From: Vicugna vicugna
Lineage: Eukaryota
Length of the DNA: 64,000 nt
Direction of reading: 5' to 3'
Assembly (NCBI GenBank): GCA_013265495.1
Contig: MU058065.1
Coordinates: forward strand, 6,138,302-6,202,301
Under the pieces are notes generated by a model. The model was not told where the DNA came from and searched no databases. It was given only the letters and a program-made list of their open reading frames with translations. Below are positions 1 through 12,914 of this stretch, one piece after another (the stretch's first letter is position 1; every line of letters starts with the position of its first letter). The position numbers and the translations under genes were made by a program.

Positions 1-415
1 GGGCTGTGTTCCCAGCTGTCAAGCGTGTAATGGGGAGTGAAAGAAAATCCCTTTGGTGGTAGAGATCCTACAGATAATACTGCCGGGTCCTCTAAATCAC
101 CTCTGTGTCCTATAGACCCAGCTGACTGTCCTCTCTTCTCCACTAAAACAGGGGGCAAATGAAATGTGCAGTCCTGCATAGTGCTCATGCACAGGGCAGG
201 GATCATGAGCTTTCAGAGCCAGATGCCTGCTCTGTAGCTGCGATTTTCTTTTTGTTACTAAACCTGATGCTTTTTTCTTTTTGGTTTTCACCACCTGGTT
301 TCATTTCCATTTGAAGAAAGGATGGTGAGGTGGCTGACTTTGAGAAACAGGCTTAACTATCCTCCAGACCAGTTGTCCCCTAATAGGCTGGTTGGAGCCC
401 CCTCCCTGAGCCAGA

Positions 416-594
416 GCTGACAGGAGCTGCTTGTTCTTCTTGGGAAAGGGGTGGGAGTAGAGAAAGAAGGAATGAGAGTTGCTACTGCACTTTCTGAGGG
501 GCTCTGAGGATTCCTCCCCCCAAGGAAACCACTTTCGTTCCCCCAGCCCCTTTGCTGCTTGTTAGTTAGAAAGCCATGGTTTGTGCTGGGGCTG
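416..594 (+). repeat. Inverted repeat, arm 1 (179 bp), pairs with 1600-1778
   Basis: Manual ungapped alignment to the reverse complement of 1600-1778 gives 16 mismatches in 179 bp. The peptide LVRKPWFVLGL appears in opposite-strand ORFs 559+ and 1543-. Confidence 0.95.
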
Positions 595-1599
595 GGTGGA
601 GCTTCGGGGACAGTTTGGGCTCTGGCCCTCCAAAGGGGAGGGGTTGGTTATGGAGCAAGCAAAGGGTCACAGCTTAGGCTGTACCATTTGCTTGTCACCT
701 TGAGAAGTTCCACCTTGTCTAGCAAAACCTCCTTTCAGAAGCAGCCACCACAAAGGGCTCTTATGAGTGCAGCGGCCCCTGCCCCCACCTTCACTTCCAC
801 TCCCTTTACCATTATTTTTCTTTTGGGGCAGAGCTGAGGGGCCTTCCTGCTATGACTTTGAGGGGCTGTACTTGTTTTAAAAGGAGATTTAGCGTCTGGA
901 GCCTCCCCATACCAGAGATTCATTATTCTGATTTTCTAGTTAGAGGACACTCAAGGGGTTAAGTAAAGCGTTCCTTCTCTGGGGCAGGGGGTGTTTTGTC
1001 TTTTCCCCTCTATCAGTCTCTTGAGCTATTTGAAGATTTAAGAAAGAAAGTGAGAGAGTTACATTCTAGTACCACTAGGTCTCAGAGCAGGAATCAGCCT
1101 CCTCCTGGGGAGTGAGAGGTGGGGGATGGGAGGGAGGACTAGATGTCTCACTGGGTGATTTTAAGATGCAGTATAGTGTAGTGGTTGAAGTGTATGTTCT
1201 GAAGTTCAGCTTCCTGGGCCTTCTACTTCCCCATTTTTTAAAAAGATATTAAAAAAACTATTCAGTTTCATTAATTAACATACATTAATTAAGTTCATAA
1301 ATTGTCTAAATAAAGCCTTTCACAGTGAAATGTATGATCCTAGATCAAAATACAGATTACAAAAATTCAGAAACGTTCTTGTTCTTCTGATATAAGAATC
1401 TGAGAATTATGATTTCTATGGTTTACAAAATAGAGGCTAATTATTTGGTAAACATGGATATATATTAATTTTATGACCTTTTAGAGAAGGGTTACCTATA
1501 CTTTTCTTGATTATCTGTGAAGATGTCTTTATTTCAACCATGTCAACTAATATTAATGAATTCTATTGCTTTTATGAAAATACATAGGATTTTAATGAA

Positions 1600-1778
1600 C
1601 AGCCCCAGCACAAACCATGGCTTTCTAACTAACAGGCAGCACAGGGGCTGAGGGGTCAAAAGTGGTTTCCTGGGTGGCAGGAATCCCCAGAGCCCCTCAG
1701 AAAGTGCCATAGCAGCTCTCATTCCTTCTTTCTCTACTCCCACCCCTTCTCCAAGAAAAACAAGCAGCTCCTGTCAGC
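1600..1778 (-). repeat. Inverted repeat, arm 2 (179 bp), embedded in AT-rich sequence
   Basis: Reverse complement of 416-594 at about 91% identity with no gaps. Confidence 0.95.
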
Positions 1779-2046
1779 AGTCTTTTTATCCTTAAAAAGC
1801 AGTGACACAACCATGTAAAATTTAGAGTGGTCCTCTTTCTTACCTTAATGCAAAGAATGATTCCCTGAACACTTAGCTAGTGGTTGTCAGTAGCTAATAT
1901 CATACTTTTTAGCTGTGGCCTTGGTCAAGTTTCATAACCTCTCTGAGCCCTTGTTTTCTCATATGTTAAATGAGAATGATTTTAGTGCCTCCCTGACAGG
2001 GTTACTGTGGAGATTAATTGGATAATGCATTAAGATGCTTAGCCTA

Positions 2047-2191
2047 GGGGGAGGGCATAGCTCACGCGGTTGAGTGCATGCTTACCATGCACAAGGTCCT
2101 GGGTTCAATCCCCAGAACCTCCTCTAAAAATAAATAAATAAACAAACAAACCTGACTACCTCCCTCTCCCCACAAAATAGTAAAATAAATA
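2047..2191 (+). mobile_element. tRNA-derived SINE, camelid vic-1-like
   Basis: GGGGAGGGCATAGCTCA A-box and GGTTCAATCCC B-box, A-rich tail, and a 15-bp target-site duplication aagatgcttag(c/a)cta at 2032-2046 and 2192-2206. Confidence 0.85.
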
Positions 2192-3589
2192 AAGATGCTT
2201 AGACTAGTACCTAGTATGTTGGAAACCATTCCAAAATCTTAATCTTACTAACGTTATTCAAGCCTCCTGTTTGGACCTCTATAGTCTTTCTTCCCATCTC
2301 CCTTCTCTTCTGACTGTGCAGTTCAGGGAGCTACTTAGGCCTCAAGCAGAACCAGAAAAGTCTGGACTTTTATCTCAAATTGTTTTGAACTCTGTACCTA
2401 TCTTATCTCAATTGCATTTCCAGCACCGTGAGGGAGATTGAGGTAGCAAAATTATCCTATTGTGAAGGGCGAGCCACAAAGAAAGTGATGTGGGGATTTG
2501 ACTGGATTGCACGCATGCATGCTTGAATATGTGAATGTGTGCATGCATCCATTCTTCCACCTTGTTTTAAAAGGGGGCAGGCCAGAGGTGGACTCTATTT
2601 AATTTGCAAGATCTCACACACAAGATGAAATTCAGGTCTGTCTGTGTTGTTTCCTTAGCAGAGCTCAGTGCAGAGTGGGTGGTTGGGTGTGCAGAAACAA
2701 GAGGCCAGTGGGAGAGCATAGCGAGGTCAGCCACAGCAGGGCAGGGTGGTCAGGGCAGGCCTTGTGCAGCGACACAGACCCAACAAAACCAAACCAGACC
2801 AAACACAGGAGCAAGTCAGCTGTCTTGTCCACTTCACATATACTCTCAAGGGCAGCATGCTTTGTATCCTCCAAGTATGGGGTCTCTCCCAAGTCACCAA
2901 GGTTTGTGATAAGTGAACTGAGAGGACTCGGAGGGTTACTCTGTGAGGGACGACACAGAGGGACCCCTTGGGGTTGGATCTTGCCTGAAATACTTCATCC
3001 AAGTGAGCTGCTATGGAAAAACTTCCAGTGAGGAGAAGAGAGAGTGAACTGGTTGTCCTTTAAAAACCCGGACATCACCACCACATCTCTTTCTCTGTCC
3101 TTTATGTAAACTTTTGGGTTTTTTAATCTCAGACTCTGAATAAACTGTGAGATTTATCCCATCAAAAATATATGGCTAACTATTTGGATGATGTTTCTGC
3201 AGGCCACATTTTTCTGCTTTTCAGATACCCTTTAATGAGTGTATATCCTTTAAAATGGGAATGCCATAGCAAACCTCTTGCACAGCCCACACTGGGAGCA
3301 GGAAACAGTGGTGACAAAGGGTTCCTGGTAGAATCATTGTTGGACAAGTTGGGCTGTGTGAAATACTTAAGCTAAAAATTTTTAGGGAGTAGCTGTTTGT
3401 GCTTTGTGTGCTTCTAGAATAGGAAGATTTACTGTCCACTATTATACCCATCCATCCCCGACCCAAAAAAGAGGATGAAGAGAATGAAAATGAAACCTTG
3501 GCCTCTTGGTTAGGTTCTGAACATGAGGAGAGTAAAGGAGATCTTTGAGAGGCAACAAGAGCAGTTTGGGGGAGGTAAGGAGACATAAC

Positions 3590-3775
3590 ATATATGGAGC
3601 AGACATCCTTTACATGTGCTATCTCATGTAACCCTTCTATCAGTCTCATAAAAGTAGATATTGATCTCCTCATTGTACTGGTGAGGGTACGGGGGCTGAA
3701 AGAGGTTGGTAACATAACTGCTAACTGGCAAAGCCAGGATTTAAAGCCAGGACCTTCTGATACAAAAGCCATGTG
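3590..3775 (-). mobile_element. MIR SINE
   Basis: Reverse-orientation MIR phrases (tgctatctcatgtaaccct...gagggtacgggggctgaaagaggtt...ccaggatttaaagccagg). Confidence 0.6.
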
Positions 3776-4559
3776 GCCTTGGTCCTTACCAGAGACTGAG
3801 GATTGGACTTGTGTGGTGATGGTGGACAGTGACTACCCACAGCGTAATGTGATCATATCTCCCCTGACCTGGGCTTTGACTAGTCACTGAATTGTTAGAT
3901 CATATTCTTTAGGATGCAGTGGGGCAAGGTTAATAACTGGATTAGACCCTGGCTTTTCTATGCAGTAGAGCATGAGAGTATTTCTTGAGCCTCCTTTGCC
4001 TTCAGAGGGAGGGGACAGACATTTCTTGGGTACTTATTCTACTCTCTCATTTAATCCTTTTATGAACTCTATGATGTAGATGTTAGTCTCAGTCTGCTCC
4101 CCAGCCCCCAGATCTACCCAACCCTCCATCTTTCTTTCTCTTTCTTAAAATGACATTGATTAACTATAATAACTTGCCCAAAGTGTCACAACTGACAATT
4201 AGAAGACCTTACGTACAAATCCAAATCTTTGAGTCTCCAAAACCAGAACTTAAATAGCATTTCTACTTCTCTTTTTTTTTTTCTGAGAATTTCCCCCCAA
4301 TTCCTGGATAGTTTTGCTTCTTCCTCTTTGAGAAGCCACTTTCAGGTTTCTCTTTTTAAACCTTTTTGATACTTTCCTTGGGCTTTGGGTTCACCTTTCC
4401 CTCTGACTCTCCCTCTTTTACTACCCAAGCTGAGTCTGTGTTATGGACCCAGGGGCCATTTCAGTTTATCTCTGATTTAGGGATTTTATTTTAGGGTTCT
4501 GGATCATCTCTCTGTAACATCTACCTTATGCCCTGGAGTAGAGTTATCCTTAACTCCTT

Positions 4560-5355
4560 TCACATCCTACACCCAACCCATCAGCAAATCCTATTGGGCA
4601 TATCTTCAGATATATCCAGAACCTGACCACTTCTCACCACCTGCACTGTTCCACCCAGGCTGCAGCTACCTTCGTCTCCTACTTGGTTATTGTAGCAGAC
4701 TCCTAAAAAATTTGCCCACTTCTTGTCTTTCTATACTCAAAGCGATCTTTTGAAATGTAAACCAGACCATTTCACTCTTCTGCTTATAAACTTTAATAGC
4801 TTCCAATCTTACAGAATGAAAGATCATATACTACATTATCTCATGACTTCAAAAAAACACACAGATTCATATCCACCTACCTGCCATGCTCTTCCTCTGT
4901 TATGGGGTGACCATCTAATTTATCATCCAAATTGGGACACCTGTAAGAGAGAAAAGGAGCTCTATTAATAAATGACAACAAGCATAAACTGGGACTGACC
5001 CAGGCAAACTGGGAATCTGGTCACTTGATCTAGATACCCACATGGATCATTCTCTTACTTCCCTTTAGGTCTTTTTAAAGTGTTACCTCTCAGTGAGGCC
5101 TTTTTTGACCTCTGTTTAAAATTGCAGCACATTCCTGCCCTTTTCCCATAATGCCTCTGCTGATTTGTTTTTCTCTGTGGTGCTAAAACCATGTGATAGA
5201 GTATATGTTTCAATTAGCTGGGTCTGTCCTTAGTCTCCCTTCTCTAAAATGTAAACTTCAGGAAGGCAGGGGATTTTTATCTCTTTTATTCACCCCAGCA
5301 TCCACATCATTCTGAACATTGGAGGTTATCAGTAAATATTTACCAAATGAATGGA
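4560..5355 (+). mobile_element. L2 LINE 3' fragment, interrupted by MER81
   Basis: L2 phrases (aacccatcagcaaatcc...ccacttctcaccacc...aatgtaaacttcaggaaggcaggg...gtaaatatttaccaaatgaatg). Ends are approximate. Confidence 0.65.
4903..5028 (+). mobile_element. MER81-like hAT-Blackjack MITE
   Basis: Ends ggggtgaccatctaatttatcatccaaattgggacac ... gcaaactgggaatctggtcac resemble the MER81 consensus as I recall it. Confidence 0.7.
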
Positions 5356-6778
5356 TGGTTGGGGGAGGAATTCTATTCTGAAGAGTCTTTCTTCTTAGAG
5401 CCCTCTTCCTGAACCATTTTTCTTTCCCTTTCTTTTTTTCTATTTATTTTGGTAACCCTTTAGTAATTTGAGACCTTAGAAGGGTTTTCTAATGCGTTCT
5501 TACCCCTAAGAAGAGCTAATGATGAAAATTACCATGATTTCCTAACCTGAGCCTTGAACCCCCTAGGGAGGGAAGTTTGTATCCAGTATAGCAGAGTTTA
5601 ACACACTGCAAGAGGGAGGAGAGGATTCTTACCCTTAGGAGGTCACATACTGTGGGCCCTGCCCTGGAGGTTGTGATATTGTGACAGTCAGTGTTAGGGC
5701 CTTGGGTCTGTGCCAGCTTCTGGGGCTGGTGCAGAAACCAAAGACCTATTCAGGGCTGATGCCAGGAGCTCCAGCATGCTCATTTCTCCTTTCTCTTCTA
5801 TCTTTAAACCTGTATATGTCACCTGTGGGTCCATACTGAGTAGGATGAGCAGTATATCGGGGGCCAGTCTTTCCTTACCCAGGATTCTCAAAGTTTGTTT
5901 TCTGAAGCAGCCTCAGAGGAAAGGAGGTGAGATGGGGGTGGGGAGTAGGGGTGAGATCAGACCTTTTATTTCTAGTTGAAAGTGGCAATTGGGATTGCTC
6001 CAGCAGATCCTGTTGGGATTAGAGAGTAGGAGGGGGTCTTGGGATTTCCAGACCACTGAGAGTGAGTTTTAGACTCAGTGAAGATGGGAGTTATTGTAAA
6101 AGGATGGGCATTTAGGGCCTAGGAACCAAGATGGCTGCCATAGGGACATGAAGGGGAAATAAAGTGGCCTTTGTGATTTCTGTAACTTTGGTTTTTCTAA
6201 TGCTTCTGATATGGCCATATAGCAGGGGCCAGAGTCCTAGTGAATTGGATGTTGGAGAGTAACATAGCTGTGGGAGACAGGAGAGTGATGTGGACCCTGT
6301 GGCTATGATAGAGTCACAGTACTGGCAGTAAGTAGTGAAGAGGTTCTAAATGTAGCAGAAAACCTAAAAAGGGAAGCCTAGAGGAATCTTCTGATTCCTC
6401 ACTGTCGTATCAGTAATAGTTTGAAGCCAAGGAAGCCTTGGCAAGCAGTTGTATAGCAGAGAAAGCTACTTTGTAAAGCAAAGGGAATTCCCATGGACAT
6501 ATCCTTGATTCAGAAAAGTCCTTTGCAGTCTGGTGGATATGAATTTAGCCTTCCAGTCTGCTTTTCCATGAGATACACCCACCTGTCCTGTCTTTTCACA
6601 CCTTTGTGCCTCAAATACTTCCACCACATTGTCTAACTTTGCGAGGCTTAACTCAACGTCACCACCTCCGAAGTGTTTTGCAGGACTCTCAGTGGGACTT
6701 TCTTCCTTTCTTCTTCTCTGGGTTCTTATTACCCTTTGTTTATAACTCTGTTATAATGCTTGAAAAAACACAAATATA

Positions 6779-7137
6779 CAGGTTCCCCTGCTCTCTGAAA
6801 GTAGAACTCTCTATGAAAACTTTTGTAAGCTGAAATGGCATAAAGTGAAGAAGCAATGACCTGCTTTCTAGGAGGCACTCTTTTTTTGGGGGGGGGGTGA
6901 GGTAATTAGGTTTACTTATTTAATTTTTTTTTAATGGAGGTACTGGGGATTGAGCCCAGGACCTAGTACATGCTAAGTATATGCTCTATCACTTGAGCTA
7001 TACCCTCCCTGAATGACCTGTTTTTCTAAAGCGGAAATCTTTGAATTTCTTCCAGTTACTGAAAACAGGTACTAATGTAGGCTTTTCCAAAAAACAAGGT
7101 GGCATAAAGCAAACTTTCAGAAAGTGAGAGAGACCTG
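6779..7137. mobile_element. TcMar/Tigger-like MITE with a nested SINE
   Basis: Imperfect terminal inverted repeats caggttcccctgctctctgaaagt / actttcagaaagtgagagagacctg, with TA on the left flank. Confidence 0.6.
6881..7009 (-). mobile_element. tRNA-derived SINE, camelid vic-1-like (second copy)
   Basis: Reverse-complement relative of 2047-2191 (gaggtactggggattgagcccagg...cttgagctataccctccc). Flanked by direct repeat aatgacctg(c/t)tt at ~6855 and ~7012. Confidence 0.85.
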
Positions 7138-10100
7138 AATCTGCCTCTCTTCCACATATGAATATAAACTCTTTGAGTTGGGGCCTCTGACTTATCTATC
7201 TTTGTACCGACTCTGTCCTCTGAGGAGGGAAGGACTGGGGTGTACACTTCTCCCTCCTCAGTCCCACAGGGCCTGGCACATAGTAGACTCTCAATAGCTT
7301 CTTTGCTGAGTAGAATTGATTCTGAGTTAATCAGATGAACACATTATACAGGAGACTGACCTGGCTCTTCTCCCTTCCCCACTCTGGGCAGTGACCTGCT
7401 TGTGGCTGGTACACCTTGCTCCTGGCTCAGGTGTACTTATAGCAGGGGGCACTGCTGTTTGCTTTTCTTAGTCCTGACTCCAGCTTCTCCCTTTGATCTC
7501 CGCTGCCTGCCCAAGCTCGCCCCTACCATTGTCCTGCACAGGGAGCTAATGTCCCTCCTTCCCAGGCTCAGGCCTCTCCACCTCTCTTCCTTAGCATGTT
7601 CTGAGAATGATGCCCAAGGAATCAGTGATGATGGGGAATGGCTAGAATAGGATTGATGACACAGCCTTTCAGCCCTCCTCTGCCCCTCCCCCGAGGGTTC
7701 CACGTGGGGCCAGCTGACTCCTTTTTCTTGTCCCTTGAGAAAGCTTGTTCCTGAGCTGGATGGGAATATAGGCAGATGCTCTGTGATGTGAGGGATTAAG
7801 GGTTGTAATCCTGGGGAAGGCTGTACTGCCCTTTAGTCTAAAATTCTGCTGTTCAGAGAAGTAAATAGGGTAGTCATCATATGTGTGGGCCCTGAAGCCA
7901 GACTGTCTGGATTCTAATCCTGTTCCACCACTCACTAGCTGTGACTGCCTTAGCAAGATGGAGTCGGACTCATGCCTACCATATTCCTTCATTCACGCAT
8001 AGTTGTTGAGCCTCTCCTATGGGCCAGGTTGTTCTAGGTGCCAGGGAAATAGCAGTGAATAACACAAAATGTGTTAATGCATTTAAATACATAGAATAGT
8101 GTCTAGCACATAGTAAATATGTGGCAATGTACCAATATTCTCTTCCTAGTACTTTTCTGAGACTAGATCCTTGGGTGGGATGGCAGCAACTGCAGGACCA
8201 GACCTCTCTGAGAAGGGAAAGGATAGAAGGGCTAAGATAAAGGTTCTGGATTTGGACTTAGGTCCAGAACATCACTAGCTTTAGTGGCCATTTATTTCTG
8301 ATACTTCATTTTGAGGCTTAATACCTGAGTCGGCTAAAGGTCACCCTGGAAATTTTATGAGTCTGTTTAGTTCATAGAAAGGGCAGGAGGAGATGACCTT
8401 GCCCTGCCTAGATTCTGCCTAGCCCGTTTGTACGGACAGCACAGTGCCTACTAAGCCGTGTGTGGATGGCCCTAAGAGAGGCCACAATCCCTGGGCAGTG
8501 TGAAGGGGGATCCTAGAGATGTGAGCTGTGAGGATGGGGAAGCTGTTTGCTTCTCTGCTATCAGGGCTCTCTGGCCATAGAGTAGAGAACCTTCTGCTGG
8601 AAGAGATGGCTTGGCGGTTGGAGAGCTGAACTGAGGAAGGAGAGCGAGGTAAGGTAGATGTACATGGTCAGTTTCAGTTCATTCCTCAGGGAATACTGCT
8701 GAAGGGGCTGTTGCACTCCTAGCGTGATTACTGCTGGAAGCAAAGTCTGCACTCAAGACTCCTGATTCATTGTCTGTGGTTTCCAATGAAAGTCCGTGGC
8801 TGATATAGTCTTTATGTGAGTAAGGTTGGAGTAGAAATCTATGTTACATTTCCTGGGGATCAACAAGTTTTTCAGCTACCACTGTACTCATGGAAAGATA
8901 GCCATGTAATCTTGACTGTGGTTCAAGATTCTGCTTCACTGCTTCTCCCACTTTCTCTCTTCCAGCCTTCTTCCACAGTGATTTTCAGAAATGAGTGCCC
9001 TTGTAGCACAGAGAAAGTTCCCTTGACATGAGATGTGGGCCAATCCAGGATTCTTGGGTTTGTTCCCATGTGAGCTGCTGGCATGGCTTCCCCTTGGAGA
9101 CCTGCTAACTTGGCTGGGAACCATGACAATTTGAATGCATAGGGACAGATGAAGTAGTTCTGGGCCCTTTCCAAGATTCTGAAGTACAGCCAGGTTTGGG
9201 TCCACTGGACACCATATTCTTTCATCTGATTTTTATTGCACTTTCTTCAGTCTTCAGCCATTACTTCGACTCAGTTCAGCCAAGTGTATGAAACTTGAAC
9301 TAGGCAAAGCATTTTGCTGTGGATTTAAATCCACAGTTCATTCTACACTAAAGGAAACAGATAAATATAGTGTGATTATAGCAGTACTTCTAAACTTTGT
9401 TTCATTATCACCTCCTGGAGGAACCTTTTTAAGACATTTTCTCCTAATCATCTCCCCTCAGGAAATTTTAATACCACAGATATACCAAAATTGTTTATGC
9501 ACTCTTTGCGTATATATGCTTTATACATTAAAAGAATGAGATTTTTTTTCACCCCCCCCCCCACCGCAAGAGCAGATTTTTCTCCCCACCTTGGGGAAAT
9601 ATCACCACATTTGTGAGTCCATGGCTTACAGTAAAGCACAGTGGGATTGCAGTATGGAATATAAAATGGCAGGCAAGCCTCCAGAGCTTTGCAAACTTTA
9701 TTTCTCCCGTCTCCTTTCACTGAGTGTCACAGCTCCATAATTTATTCTCGTCTCTCAGTCTGTCATTCCCCTTTTGCTCTCTTTCCCCTTTCCTGGATTT
9801 CATCCTTTTTTTCTCTCTACTGCAGAAGTTTTGGAGTGAATTTAATTAAAATACTTATCTGTACAGCTCAGGGAAAATTTAGGGAAGATAATTTCCTAAA
9901 ATAGTCCTCTAAGAGGTCATCCTTTTGGAAGAAAGAACCTAGAGACCTATGAGGTATTCATGGGGAAACATAATAGACTGAGTACTGAGGAAAATAAAAA
10001 TATTCATTTGGAGTTGCCTTTCAGAGGAGAAGATCTCCCAAGAGGTCTTTATATTGGTCCCAATAGGTTTGGATATGAACGTCCTATATTGGATCTAACT

Positions 10101-10205
10101 TCTCTGTATAAATTCTTTTGAGGTTGATGCCAGCTCTGCCAGTGGGATATCAAATTTCTTTAGCAATACCATGTAACCAATGATGGCATCTCCTCTCCCC
10201 TATAG

Positions 10206-10323
10206 AAACTACCAGAGGCATGCAGTGTTGGTGATGGAAGACCCTTTGTCATGAATCTACAGAGTCTGTATATGGCAGTCGCCAGACAAGAGATCCAAGT
10301 GGGACAGAAGCATCAAGGCACTG
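10206..10323 (+). CDS. NHEJ1: NHEJ1 (XLF/Cernunnos), third-to-last coding exon
   Basis: tatag| ... |gtaagt, 118 nt. Encodes [39 protein letters not shown], matching XLF. Confidence 0.95.
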
Positions 10324-10377
10324 GTAAGTAGCTCCAGAGGTACTTGGTCTTTCTGGGGTTAGAATCAGGGTCTAGGT

Positions 10378-10580
10378 TTGTGCTGTCCAGTATGGTAGCT
10401 CTAGCCACTTGTGGGTACTTAAATTTAAATTAATAAAAAATTAAATAAAATGAAAATTTCATCTCCTCATTTGCTCATTTCCAGTGTTCAATAGCCGCAG
10501 GTGGCCAGTGACTACCAAGTTGGTCAGCGTAGATACAGAAAATTTCCATCACTGCAGAAAGTATTATTGAGACTGATGCT
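10378..10580 (-). mobile_element. MER3-like hAT-Charlie MITE
   Basis: tgctgtccagtatggtagctctagccac ... aatttccatcactgcagaaagtattattg, an internally palindromic MER3-type sequence. Confidence 0.75.
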
Positions 10581-10882
10581 TAAGAGAATTAGTGAGAGAA
10601 CCAGGAGAAAGATTAATCCTTACACCTGAGACATGGCAGGCAATATGTAGAACAATTAGCTGTTTTGAGTCAAGGAGATTCTTGTCCTATGTGGTTAAAG
10701 TTGGCCTGGGGTATCTTTATAGTAGAAACAGGGTTTTCCAAAGTTAGTTGGAAATGGATTTGTGTCTGCTTACATATTAGTACCAAGGACTGGCCTTTGT
10801 CAGAATACTTGTTAAATGCAAATGCCTTCCTGGTAAGAAAAAGACATTTATCAGTATCTTCCCTTGATCTTTTTGATTTCAG

Positions 10883-11001
10883 GAGCTCCCCAGACCTCAA
10901 GCAGTGCCCCCTCACAAGGAACTGATAGCCAACTTCTGAACCAGCCAGAAGAGCCAGTCTCCTTAGCACCATCACTCCCAGAGCCTGAGAAAGAGCCCAC
11001 A
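10883..11001 (+). CDS. NHEJ1: NHEJ1 penultimate coding exon
   Basis: ttcag| ... |gtaagt, 119 nt, phase 1 to 0. Encodes GAPQTSSSAPSQGTDSQLLNQPEEPVSLAPSLPEPEKEPT. Confidence 0.95.
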
Positions 11002-11479
11002 GTAAGTCACGAGCAGCTTCCTGGATGGCATTTCAAGAGTTGGGAGAGACTGTACCTATAGTCCCCAAGCCAGTGGTTCCTGGAATTGTCACCTAGTTGA
11101 CACTGCCCTAACAACATTGGGTGGGTGGGCATGGTATTTGTGACCAGGCGTCTAAATTGTGGATTTCTAGATGGAGAGTCGTGATCTTTTGCATCTTCCC
11201 CCACTGTCTCCTCTCTGCAATTCTTCTGAATGATGGACCTTTACTCCTTTTATACCTTATTATACTTCCAGTGATGGGCTAGGAGGTTGTTTCCTAGATG
11301 AGAAGGGATGCCTGTATCTCCTGCATAAAGTCTTATATCACATTCACTGCCTGACATGGACTTCAAGCTCATGTGTCAGCCAGCTATCTTAACCAGAACC
11401 CTGGGAGGAAGGAAGTTCCTTTCCTAACTAAAGTAGAACTGTTCAAAACCTCTATTAACTTGGGTTCCTTTTTTTCTAG

Positions 11480-11554
11480 GTTCCTTCAAGCCCTGTGCAG
11501 AGACCTCAGCTGTTAAAGGTCAAGAGGAAGAAGCCAAGGGGGCTCTTCAGTTAA
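11480..11554 (+). CDS. NHEJ1: NHEJ1 last coding exon (C-terminal Ku-binding motif)
   Basis: tttctag|, encodes VPSSPVQRPQLLKVKRKKPRGLFS*. The KRKKPRGLFS terminus is characteristic of XLF. Confidence 0.96.
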   Translation, partial: VPSSPVQRPQLLKVKRKKPRGLFS

Positions 11555-12914
11555 CCTGTCACTATCTCAACTGCTGAGGATGGACTTGGAGAGTAGTTTT
11601 CTAATGTCACTTTGAAAGGAGTTCCCATGGCAGCAGCCTCTCTGACAGTTATATAGTCAGGGGCTCCACTGTAAGGGCAGGATAACTGAAGTTCATGTTG
11701 ACAGGCATGGGTACTATTAACTGAGGGAACCCTGCCCCCAACCCATCAGGCATTAGCCTTCTCCATCTGAGTGGAAGCCAGTCTCTGGGTATCCCATACC
11801 GCCTTTTTTAGGTGGAGGGTCTCTAGACCCAAGATCTACCATGGACTTTAGGTATATGGGACAAGTCAACAAAAAGGCACAACATGCTTAGGAAGGCTAG
11901 TCTACCTTTCTTAAGAGTCCTTAGCTAGTCCCAGATGCTCCCCAGAGACCCTCTTCTCTGTTTAGCATGGAATAGAAAGCACTCACACTCCCCTGCTTTT
12001 CAGATTGCTTATCTATGGAGTACATAACCAGCCCACTTCACTTAACTGCATCCCACCCCATGTTGTCTCTGGAAGAAGTCTAGGCCATCAGTCCAATCCT
12101 TCACATTCTTCTTATGCTTTTCTTCTGTGGCCTGTACTAAGCTTCCATTCAAGAGCTTTGATCTTGAGATCTCTCTCCATGGTGGACACTAGACAGAATA
12201 GATGGCTTCTTCTCTCCTTTGCCCAATTGATAAGGGTTTTGTTTTTGGTTTTTAAAATCTGTTTCTAAGGCATAGATAACAGGTTAAACCACAATAGGGG
12301 ATTGAAATTACAAACAACTCTAAGCACTAAGGCCAAGTTAGTTTCCCAGAGTGAAAGAAAAAGGAATTTTACTTTCCCATCCTTTACTCCACTTCAAATA
12401 ACATAGTAACTAGATGAACTAGAAAAGATAGGATGACAGGGGCCAGGAAATAGCCACAGGAGTTCTCTGGGACCAACAGAATTAACCTATAGAATGAATA
12501 GTACTTAGCAGGAAAAAATGTAAAGGCTATGTGAGATACACAGACTCTTAGACAGTTAGAAAGTTGATTCTTTGGACAAATCTAGCATGATTTTGCAGAC
12601 CAGGATTGGCAGAGTTCCTTGGCCTTCTCTGCTGGGTTTTCCTCTGTAGGTAAGACCATCTGAAACTTTACCTGGAGAGACAGGAAGGAAAGTAGAACTC
12701 AGATGTTCACTGGGGGCTGTTAGGTAGAAGAAGGAGTTGGGGCAGAAACTACAGAGGCCTTTTCTGGTTTATTTACTTGTGATCGTCAAATGCCTCCTCA
12801 TTCACCAGTCCTTTCTACCTGGTACTGGTGTTTCTGTCCCCATATCGAGTCTTGGGGGAAGATGATGATCTAAGTAATAATAAAATAATAATGATTATAA
12901 CAGCAGTAATAAAC

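Larger units (their letters stand above)
1166..2230 (+). mobile_element. MIR SINE split into pieces by the ~1236-1905 insert and by a younger SINE
   Basis: MIR head (gcagtatagtgtagtggttgaag...) at ~1166-1235. MIR core resumes at ~1908 (agctgtggccttggtcaag...ctctgagcccttgttttctcatatgttaaatgagaatg). Confidence 0.7.

Noticed and set aside
2047..2125. tRNA-like sequence with A and B boxes
   Set aside because: It is the head of a SINE with an A-rich tail and target-site duplication, not a tRNA gene.
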